A DNA stretch of 38,474 nt, from the IMG/VR virus record IMGVR_UViG_2778261226_000006. One strand, written 5' to 3'. Positions 8,965 through 15,892 of this stretch are shown one piece after another. The first letter of the stretch is position 1; each line of letters opens with the position of its first letter. The notes under the pieces were generated by a model. It did not search any database. It was not told the DNA's origin and saw nothing but the letters and a program-made list of their open reading frames with translations. This DNA comes from a virus. Its lineage: Duplodnaviria; Heunggongvirae; Uroviricota; Caudoviricetes. Position numbers and translations under genes: made by a program.

Positions 8965-9576
8965 ATGGATTTAGTCTTTAAAGTTCTGGCTTCGTTGGGT
9001 GGGGTGTCTTTTGTTGCATCTGGCATATTTGTTTGGATCGGGAAAGTTTATTTAGAAAGATATAAGTCGCGGCTAAACAAAGATATTGCTGAATTTCAAT
9101 CACAACTGAGTGCAACTAATGAAAGAATAAAGGCTAAGTTAGACAATTCTGTTTATGTAACGAAAGCGTATTTTGATAAGGAGTTATCAGCATATAGTCT
9201 CATTTGGAATTCGATGTTTGAAACCAGAGAAAGCGTGCTTAAGCTGAGGCCTGCGCTGGATCATGTTGACCCCAACGAACCATTTGAAGAGAGAAAATTT
9301 AGAAGGTTGAAAGTTTTTTTTGATGCATTTAACACTTTTGTTACAAGTGTTGAATCTAACAAACCGTTCATCTCACCAGAGGTTTATATAATCTTGGACC
9401 GTTTCCGGAAGGAATGCCTTTCAGAGTCAATATCGTTTAAGCATAGCGATCCAGAATTTGACGGGCAAAATTATTGGAAAGAGGCGGAGTTGAACCATAC
9501 AACCATCACCAAGCTTTTTGATGAGACGTGTGATGCAATTCGAAACAGGATGCACACATTAACTGTGGTTACGTAG
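8965..9576 (+). CDS. Single-pass membrane protein with helical cytoplasmic domain (203 aa); cargo at the tin/old position next to cos
   Basis: N-terminal TM helix VLASLGGVSFVASGIFVWIG followed by a long predicted helical region. It starts a visibly AT-rich block. The position corresponds to the P2 tin/old variable locus. Confidence 0.75.
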   Translation: MDLVFKVLASLGGVSFVASGIFVWIGKVYLERYKSRLNKDIAEFQSQLSATNERIKAKLDNSVYVTKAYFDKELSAYSLIWNSMFETRESVLKLRPALDHVDPNEPFEERKFRRLKVFFDAFNTFVTSVESNKPFISPEVYIILDRFRKECLSESISFKHSDPEFDGQNYWKEAELNHTTITKLFDETCDAIRNRMHTLTVVT

Positions 9577-9668
9577 GTTTCCAAAAAGTCTCGATGCCCG
9601 CTTTGGAGATTGTGCATGTCTATGCCGCATGAATCCGCATGATCGTTTGAGGATCGTTTTAGCTGAGG

Positions 9669-9695
9669 CCCGCCAGGAGTGGCGGGATTTTGCTT
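9669..9695 (+). terminator. Rho-independent terminator-like hairpin
   Basis: CCCGCCA-ggag-TGGCGGG followed by ATTTTGCTT, downstream of the 203-aa ORF. Confidence 0.45.
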
Positions 9696-9736
9696 ATGTC
9701 ATGCAGGCGCATGAAAACCGCTACATAAAGCGGGCA

Positions 9737-9755
9737 GGCGTGGCGGGGATACGAG
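9737..9755. other. Candidate cos cohesive-end site (186-like)
   Basis: GGCGTGGCGGGGATACGAG shares its first 13 nt with the 186 cohesive end as I recall it (GGCGTGGCGGGGAAAGCAT; P2 is GGCGAGGCGGGGAAAGCAC). It lies in a GC-rich non-coding island between two AT-rich cargo blocks. Its orientation relative to Q matches P2. Confidence 0.55.
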
Positions 9756-9825
9756 CGCGCGCAAATATGGAAATTAGCTGCGTTTTGTTATATATAGGAG
9801 AGATATTAAAAGGGTAGGCACCACT

Positions 9826-10350
9826 ATGACTGTTTTACACCTTGTAGCAGACCACCTTGTTAAGCAGGCTAATACAACCCATAGAAAGGGGGAGGTGCAC
9901 GCAATATTAGCAGATGCATATGGTCGTTCTGCTTTTAATCGGTATTATTATGCTTGTTTTCTTAACGTCCGTGAGTTTGTTTCAACTATTGATTCCAATT
10001 GGGGCAAGGTCAAGCATGCAGATGTTCCAAAATTATTACGTGATAGTGTAAGTAGAAAGATAGAAGTTGAGCTCCAAAAATCAGAAAAAATTGGCGATAT
10101 AACTTTATGTGAATATAAATCTAAAAAGAGCTTAATACGTACTTCACTGAACAATATGGCTTCAACTATGGCATTGGCATATACAATTAGGGGAGTTGTT
10201 GATTATGAGCCGGAAATTGAGATGATATTCTGTAATGGCAGTTTTTCGATTAATAAAACATCAGTGGCTTCGGCTAAGGGGTGGCTACAAACCATTAATT
10301 CAGAAAGATCGAAGGTTACCAGAATTATGAAGGAGATTGGCTTTGTCTAA
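9826..10350 (+). CDS. HEPN-like all-helical protein (174 aa), first gene of the retron-associated operon
   Basis: AYGRSAFNRYYYACFLNVREFV...KVKHADVPKLL and a distal AYTIRGVVDYEPE resemble the HEPN (PF05168-type) pattern: ...YYA.F.a...l....sH... then R...DY. AT-rich. The stop overlaps the next ORF. Confidence 0.72.
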   Translation: MTVLHLVADHLVKQANTTHRKGEVHAILADAYGRSAFNRYYYACFLNVREFVSTIDSNWGKVKHADVPKLLRDSVSRKIEVELQKSEKIGDITLCEYKSKKSLIRTSLNNMASTMALAYTIRGVVDYEPEIEMIFCNGSFSINKTSVASAKGWLQTINSERSKVTRIMKEIGFV

Positions 10351-11080
10351 CCAGAAAATATTATCAGAATTGTTGGTAAAATTCCCGTTTATAAAAGTTA
10401 AAGATGTAACAGATTTTATGGATACAATTCTGTTGATCATCCCAATTAACAAAATAGTACCATTGTCTGCTTCGAATAGTATAACAAAACGCCAGATATC
10501 TTTATTGGTGAAACGAATAACAGAAAAGCTAAATGTAAGAGTGTTGATTAGTTACTCACCATTTTCAGATAAAGACAATATTGAAGCGGCTTTAGTGGCG
10601 TTAGCGAGAAGTAATTTTAAAAAAGGGAAGATATCTGATTTGAATTTATCTTTCTTTGATTCGCAAAACGCAGTGCTTTATGTCTTTTGTAAAAACCTTA
10701 CATTATCAGAACGCGAGAAGTGGGAGTCGTTAGTTGTAGGGATATTAAACGGTTTTAATATAAAAGTGACTTCATTTGTATATGAGGCTAAAAATAATCC
10801 TGAACCTACAATGATGGTTATTTTAAGAGCGGCAAAAAAATGTCAGCCCTTTGATCTTCCAAGATTGTTCAGTCAACTTGATAATGGCGATTATCATATT
10901 GAATCACTTGATTGGCTGAATGGGAAGCTAGACAACTTACGTAAGAAAGGATTTTTATTAAGAAGCCATGACGGAACTTATAGAATGACATTGTCAGGGT
11001 TAGAAATAGTTCCAGTGACTAAATCTAGGCAAAGTTCTGATATAGAGAGGGTCCTTTATCTTGCACGCAAACATCTATAG
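10337..11080 (+). CDS. Unknown protein with C-terminal winged-helix-like domain (about 245 aa), second gene of the retron-associated operon
   Basis: Overlaps the upstream stop (TTG 10337 or TTG 10343, 7 nt after GGAG). The C-terminal segment MMVILRAAKKCQPFDLPRLFSQLD...LDNLRKKGFLLRSHDGTYRMTLSGLEIV looks like a wHTH with a beta-wing. The N-terminal alpha/beta region was not recognised. Confidence 0.72.
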   Translation: MALSNQKILSELLVKFPFIKVKDVTDFMDTILLIIPINKIVPLSASNSITKRQISLLVKRITEKLNVRVLISYSPFSDKDNIEAALVALARSNFKKGKISDLNLSFFDSQNAVLYVFCKNLTLSEREKWESLVVGILNGFNIKVTSFVYEAKNNPEPTMMVILRAAKKCQPFDLPRLFSQLDNGDYHIESLDWLNGKLDNLRKKGFLLRSHDGTYRMTLSGLEIVPVTKSRQSSDIERVLYLARKHL

Positions 11081-11089
11081 TGGTATATT
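11061..11089 (+). promoter_or_regulatory. Sigma70 extended -10 promoter for the retron ncRNA
   Basis: TTGCAC (11061-11066), a 17-nt spacer containing TG, then TATATT (11084-11089): TGgTATATT. The predicted start, about 7 nt downstream, coincides with the first base of the a2 repeat (11096). Confidence 0.5.
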
Positions 11090-11095
11090 CGCGTT

Positions 11096-11268
11096 GGTAG
11101 TGGCGTTCACGAGAGTATGCATCATGCTCATTTGTGAAGGTCGCGGACAGAATGTGCGCCTGCGAATCAGCAGTCGTTCCTTCGAAACGTCTGCTGATTC
11201 GCAGGCGTCATCAACGAAAGTTTTCATCAGCTTTGCTTAAGGATTGACCTTATGAAAACGCCACTACC
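11096..11268 (+). ncRNA. Retron msr-msd non-coding RNA (template and primer for msDNA)
   Basis: 12-nt perfect inverted repeats GGTAGTGGCGTT (11096-11107, a2) and AACGCCACTACC (11257-11268, a1). Short msr-like hairpins lie at 11108-11136. The long msd hairpin has arm GCCTGCGAATCAGCAG (11158-11173) and arm CTGCTGATTCGCAGGC (11191-11206), 16 bp perfect, plus a 4-bp inner stem. It lies immediately upstream of, and overlaps the start of, a retron-type RT. Confidence 0.7.
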
Positions 11269-12229
11269 CTTATTTTTCACATTCACTGATGCCGAACAGT
11301 TTCTTAAGGCGTTGAGCACACCGCTGAGAGATAGATATTCTGCGGAACTTATTCGACTACAAGGCCTCAGGCTTCCCCCATTAGTTTCTTGGAGTATCTT
11401 GTCTGTTGCCATTGGCGTAAGCCCACAATTTATTACTTCGTTAATTAAGAATAAGTCAAAATACTATCGTGTTTTTTCTATTTCCAAAGGAAGAGGAAAG
11501 AAAAAAAGAATTATTGAAGCACCCAAGGTTAGTATAAAAATCATTCAGTCTTGGGTCGCTCATCATTTAAGCATTAATCATAGTCTTGGCATAAGTGAAA
11601 ATGCATATGCTTTTATCCCAGGTAAGAATGGGATATATGAAGCTGCAAGTAAACATTGTGGTGCAAAATGGATCCTGTCTATTGATTTAAGAGATTTTTT
11701 CCATACGATCACTTCAGATATAGTGATTTCAACATTAGTTGAAATCGGATATAGAGCCGATCAGGCTGCTAAATTGAGTGAATTACTTACCTTGAATCAG
11801 AGACTTCCGCAAGGTGCGCCAAGTAGCCCTGTTATCTCAAATTTAGTATTTAGGTCAACTGACTTAAAGATTAATGAGTTGATTTCTAATACGGGTATTA
11901 AATATACTAGATATGCTGATGATTTGACCTTCTCCGGTGATGATGAAACATTTGATATCGAGGAACTTAAAGATAATGTTGTAGAGTTGTTACTATCTGA
12001 TAATTGGGTTGTGGCTGAGGAAAAACTCAGAATAGCTAGGATTCCTAATAGATTAAAAGTACATGGTTTTCTAGTTCATGAAAATAAACCTAGATTGACT
12101 AAAGGCTATCGAAATAAAATTAGAGCATATAAACATTTATTGAGGACTGGGAAAATAGTTGAGAAGGATTTTGATAAAATTAAAGGGCATGTTAACTATA
12201 GTGAATATATTGATAGATTGAATGAGTAA
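11252..12229 (+). CDS. ret: Retron-type reverse transcriptase (325 aa)
   Basis: RT motifs KKKRIIEAP, SIDLRDFFHTI, LPQGAPSSPVISN and the YTRYADDLTFSG (YADD) active site. Retron-style NAYAF is present, and LKVHGFLV sits at the position of the retron VTG motif. Size is typical of stand-alone retron RTs. Confidence 0.92.
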   Translation: MKTPLPLFFTFTDAEQFLKALSTPLRDRYSAELIRLQGLRLPPLVSWSILSVAIGVSPQFITSLIKNKSKYYRVFSISKGRGKKKRIIEAPKVSIKIIQSWVAHHLSINHSLGISENAYAFIPGKNGIYEAASKHCGAKWILSIDLRDFFHTITSDIVISTLVEIGYRADQAAKLSELLTLNQRLPQGAPSSPVISNLVFRSTDLKINELISNTGIKYTRYADDLTFSGDDETFDIEELKDNVVELLLSDNWVVAEEKLRIARIPNRLKVHGFLVHENKPRLTKGYRNKIRAYKHLLRTGKIVEKDFDKIKGHVNYSEYIDRLNE

Positions 12230-12249
12230 GGGCCTAGCCCTTACTCATT
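12221..12249. terminator. Bidirectional hairpin between convergent ret and Q
   Basis: AATGAGTAAGGGC-cta-GCCCTTACTCATT is a 13-bp perfect stem that spans both stop codons. Confidence 0.6.
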
Positions 12250-13280
12250 TAATTTAATGTGTATATTCCAAAGGATATGATTTTATCTCCTATCCAGTTA
12301 TTTAACTCTTCTAGTCTTCTCTGTAATGGTATTAACTCATTCCTCACAAAAACAAGGCTTGCCTTCTCCACATCCCCAAAACCCCCAACATTATTAGGCA
12401 TTATCCCCATCATTTGTGGGGGTACACGATGCGCCGCCATCATGTCGTCCCGGCTTACGTTCTTGATGTTCAGAAACTCATCCTTCGCCGCGACTTCTGA
12501 TAACGGGATAATCTGAAGTCCGTCCTTTTTGCCGTTAGGAGAGTACATAAACAGATTGCGGAAGTTACCTGGTCCTTTGGCGCTTTTCATTGCATTGCGG
12601 AGGTTGTTCACATCCTCCTGGTTTTGTGCGGCGTCGGTCATGTACATGATGAAGCCTGCATGACTGCCGTTGATGTAATACTTCCGGCGGAACAGCGTGG
12701 CGGACTCGTTGAGCAGGGCTGACGGAATGGCAGAAAGATAACCGGGCAGGCCGTAGATCTCCTGGTTGATGTCCGGTTCCATCAGATGAAAAATGCTGCC
12801 TTTCGTGAACTGATACGGCTGGGTTGTCATACCGTATTGCACAAACCAGTAGGTATCCAGGTCTAACCCGCGTCGGGTGTATTTTGCCAGAGCAGGCTCA
12901 AGGGCGATAACTTCACCAAACCGGTTCGTGCGTTTCTCCAGGTAGGCGTTACCAAATACCAGATAGTCCTGCACAAAACGTGAAAAAGCCTGTTGGCTGA
13001 GCAGCGGGTGAGGGATGTAGGTGCTGGTCAGAATGTTGCATTTCACCGCAATCGGTGAGCTGTGATGCACGGCGGCGCGGAAGGTTCGCGCCAGTCCGTC
13101 AAAGCTGACGGGAGGCTCATACCAGCGATCTGTCTGTACGCATTCCACATAGTCCAGCAGTTCGCGGCGGTCAAGTACTGGAATGGGATCACCGAAGCTG
13201 AAAGCCTCAGCCGTTGGAGCGTTGCCTGGTTTTGTGTTGTGATCAACCTTTACCAGTTTGATGTTTTTATGTTTGCTCAT
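12249..13280 (-). CDS. Q: Portal protein (P2 gpQ)
   Basis: 343 aa at the P2 Q position and orientation. Sequence is of the P2 portal family (…YGLPGYLSAIPSALLNESATLFRRKYY…). Confidence 0.92.
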   Translation of the reverse strand: MSKHKNIKLVKVDHNTKPGNAPTAEAFSFGDPIPVLDRRELLDYVECVQTDRWYEPPVSFDGLARTFRAAVHHSSPIAVKCNILTSTYIPHPLLSQQAFSRFVQDYLVFGNAYLEKRTNRFGEVIALEPALAKYTRRGLDLDTYWFVQYGMTTQPYQFTKGSIFHLMEPDINQEIYGLPGYLSAIPSALLNESATLFRRKYYINGSHAGFIMYMTDAAQNQEDVNNLRNAMKSAKGPGNFRNLFMYSPNGKKDGLQIIPLSEVAAKDEFLNIKNVSRDDMMAAHRVPPQMMGIMPNNVGGFGDVEKASLVFVRNELIPLQRRLEELNNWIGDKIISFGIYTLN

Positions 13281-13984
13281 TCTGCCAGCTCCTCGTTAGC
13301 AAGAGGCCATTCGCACATAAACAGCATTCCCCAGTCCTCTGCTGATAATTCTTTTTTCATATCATTCAGCCAGTTATCAGTAAACAACATTGCTCCTGAT
13401 GCTACTGCATCATCAGCGGTGAATACCATGCGGGTTACACTGTTGTTTCTGCTTAGCTTTTTATATTCCTGCCATGCCTCCGGGTTAGGGCTGGGAGTGG
13501 TGTAGTAGGTGGCGTGGTGGTGTGCGTGCAAGGACATTCCTTTGGCGAGAGTAATCATATTTCTCGGTGATTCAGCCCAGGCATACTCTGACACGTAGAC
13601 ATTTCCACTGAGTGCGGCGGCGTGGCACTTGAGGTCGATAAAATAAATGACCGCACCATTGGGAAACTCCAGATATGTTTTGCCAGATTTTATTTTTCCA
13701 GTGCGCGTATAAGCTGCGGTCTGGCTTAAAAATGCTGACACATAGGCTTTGACTGCCTGCGCTGATGCGGTGCTGCAGCAGAGGAAAATCTGGTTACGCC
13801 CGGTATGCAGTGCATCGATCAGGGCCTCATAGGCAAAAAAGAAATCCGCTCCTGCCTGGCGCATTTTTGTGAGTAAACGGTTTCTACTCTTTGGGCCAGT
13901 GTTCCACTCATACTGGTAATCAAAGAAAGTGCTATCCACCGGAAGTCCCGCGATAGTCATGAGGTTAGTTGGGATTGGGGGCAT
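13277..13984 (-). CDS. Terminase-large-subunit ATPase-domain paralogue (235 aa), lacking the N-terminal and nuclease domains
   Basis: Aligns by eye to roughly residues 150-395 of the adjacent gpP. FFFAYEALIDALHTGRNQIFLCCS matches FYFAHEALIDALLTGRNQIFLSAS. NVYVSEYAW matches NLYLDEYFW. YYTTPS matches YFSTPS. MLFMCEW matches LLMCEF. Start and stop overlap the P stop and the Q start. Confidence 0.8.
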   Translation of the reverse strand: MPPIPTNLMTIAGLPVDSTFFDYQYEWNTGPKSRNRLLTKMRQAGADFFFAYEALIDALHTGRNQIFLCCSTASAQAVKAYVSAFLSQTAAYTRTGKIKSGKTYLEFPNGAVIYFIDLKCHAAALSGNVYVSEYAWAESPRNMITLAKGMSLHAHHHATYYTTPSPNPEAWQEYKKLSRNNSVTRMVFTADDAVASGAMLFTDNWLNDMKKELSAEDWGMLFMCEWPLANEELAE

Positions 13985-15750
13985 CAAAAAATCTCCACAA
14001 TATTGCTGGTATTGGCGGACTCGCCCTGCAGCGGTTCGTTAAACAGTGCGTGCATTGTTGCCCAGGCCAGATCGGCATGGCTGGCTTCTTCGCTGCGGCT
14101 GGCTTCATAGGTCGGGCGGTTGCCGCTGGCGGTGGTGGCGCGACGGATTGCCATAAATGACTGCGCAATGTCGGTGTGCCCGGCGTCAAACTCCAGACGG
14201 CGGTGGCTGATAATGTCGTAGGCCTTGAGTACCAGGGCGTTTTTAACGTTGGGGTTGTAGACAAACTCCCGGACGGCAGGAAAGAACGCTTTCACGTTCT
14301 CGTAAACTCCGTGACCGACACCTGTCGAGTCGATACCGATATAGGTCACGTTGTACTGTTCGGTCAGTTTTTTGATGGCGTCAGCCTGGGCGCGGAAGTC
14401 CATCCCGCGCCACTGGTGACGCTCAAGAATGCGAAACTTACCGCCTGGCACGGCTGGCGGTGCCACCACCACGCATCCGGCGCTGTCGCCGTTCTGCGTA
14501 CCTTTTGCCGGGTCATAACCGATCCACACTTCTCGCCAGCCAAACGGGCGCAGGGCCAGTGCATGAAAGTCGGTCCAGACTTCCCAACTGTCCACCATGC
14601 ATGCCTGCAGCTCGCTGAGCGGAAATACGGACGCGAGATCGTCCACGAATTCACACATCAGCAGGTTCTGGTATTCGTCCGGGCTGTATTCCATGCGCAA
14701 CTGGTCAAGGTCGAACAGGTTACAGCCGCCGCGCACCGCATCTTCCACGGTGACTATCTGGCGGTATTGCCCGTCTGCACACAGCAGGCCTGGAGCCAGA
14801 TTGCTGTGGGACAGGTCGATGTCCACCTTGTCGGCTTTATTGCGCCCACGGTTGAATAGCGCACCGGACCAGAACGGATAAGCACTGTGTGTCAGGCTGG
14901 ATGGCGTGGAAAAATAGGTTTGTCGCCATTTTTTGTGAATAGCCATACCGGAAGCCACTTTGCGCAGCTCCTGGAATTTCGGTATCCAGAAATATTCATC
15001 CAGATACAGGTTTCCGTGGTAACTCTGGGCCGTGCGGGCATTGGTGCCGAGGAAATACAGTGTGGCCCCGTTGGGAAGCACCATCGGATCGCCTTTCAGC
15101 TCCACTTCCACTTCTTTGGCGAAGTCGATGATGTACTGCTTAAAGACGTGGGCCTGTGCCTTGCTGGCGGAAAGGAAAATCTGGTTACGTCCGGTAAGCA
15201 GAGCGTCAATCAGGGCTTCATGGGCAAAGTAAAAGGTCGCGCCGATCTGGCGTGACTTCAGCAGGTTGCGGATGCGGTTGGTTTTTCCGGCTTCCCACCA
15301 GTGGCGCTGGTAGTTGAACATGGAGGAATGGAAGATTTCTTCCAGCTTCTCAATCTGCTCATCGGTGAAAACATTCTTTTCCGGCTGACGGCGCGGGCCT
15401 TTGTTGCGGTTGGCGACGTTAGGGTTTAAGTCGGCTTCGTTGCCGCCATTGTTAAACTTGCCGATCCGCGCGTGGCGTTCCGACTGGCGCGCCAGCAGGT
15501 CAATCTCTTTGAAATCTTTCCCTTCTTTGTGCTCCTTCATAATGAGCTGGCAGTAGCGTGCGGCGGTGGTGAGCTGCATCTGATCCAGCGGCCCATAGTC
15601 ACCCCACTTGTCGCGTTTCTTCCAGCTGTGAACGGTTGCAACTTTCTCGCCCAGCATTTCAGCAATGCGGGCTACACGGTATCCCTGAAAGTACAGCAGC
15701 ATGGCCTGCCGACGGGGATCGAGATCTGCGGGTGTCAGTGTGGTGTTCAT
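13984..15750 (-). CDS. P: Terminase large subunit (P2 gpP)
   Basis: 588 aa with an ATPase segment (KSRQIGATFYFA, LYLDEYFW) and a C-terminal nuclease-type domain (IGYDPA...IGIDSTGVG). Occupies the P2 P position. Confidence 0.93.
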   Translation of the reverse strand: MNTTLTPADLDPRRQAMLLYFQGYRVARIAEMLGEKVATVHSWKKRDKWGDYGPLDQMQLTTAARYCQLIMKEHKEGKDFKEIDLLARQSERHARIGKFNNGGNEADLNPNVANRNKGPRRQPEKNVFTDEQIEKLEEIFHSSMFNYQRHWWEAGKTNRIRNLLKSRQIGATFYFAHEALIDALLTGRNQIFLSASKAQAHVFKQYIIDFAKEVEVELKGDPMVLPNGATLYFLGTNARTAQSYHGNLYLDEYFWIPKFQELRKVASGMAIHKKWRQTYFSTPSSLTHSAYPFWSGALFNRGRNKADKVDIDLSHSNLAPGLLCADGQYRQIVTVEDAVRGGCNLFDLDQLRMEYSPDEYQNLLMCEFVDDLASVFPLSELQACMVDSWEVWTDFHALALRPFGWREVWIGYDPAKGTQNGDSAGCVVVAPPAVPGGKFRILERHQWRGMDFRAQADAIKKLTEQYNVTYIGIDSTGVGHGVYENVKAFFPAVREFVYNPNVKNALVLKAYDIISHRRLEFDAGHTDIAQSFMAIRRATTASGNRPTYEASRSEEASHADLAWATMHALFNEPLQGESANTSNIVEIF

Positions 15751-15796
15751 GGCACAAACCTACAGCCTTGAATGAAGGCTTTCCCCGCCTGCGGTT

Positions 15797-15814
15797 TGTG
15801 TGGTAGTCGGTACA
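15797..15814. promoter_or_regulatory. Ogr/B-type late-activator site (TGT-N12-ACA) in the P/O divergent promoter region
   Basis: TGTgtggtagtcggtACA lies about 80 nt upstream of the O start. Confidence 0.55.
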
Positions 15815-15892
15815 AATACCGCGCATTGTTTCACTGCCCCCATCACCGCAACCATAAGGCTCCAGTAAGTTTTTTCTAACGGAGCACGGCTC

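Noticed and set aside
9629-9817. 62-aa ORF in the gap between the membrane protein and the retron operon
   Set aside because: It lies across the terminator-like hairpin and the cos-like sequence in a GC-rich non-coding island. It has no RBS. The region is better explained as the cos region.
10337-11080. Idea that the 247-aa protein is a minimal nucleotidyltransferase (MNT) partner of the HEPN-like ORF, based on SYSPFSDKD
   Set aside because: The GSxxRG...SDxD motif is incomplete, lacking the G-S and the spacing. The gene order is also opposite to typical MNT-HEPN pairs. I kept it as unknown.
14176-15771. Plus-strand ORFs (227 aa, 122 aa, 99 aa) opposite the terminase gene P
   Set aside because: They are embedded antisense to a confidently identified gene and are low-complexity.
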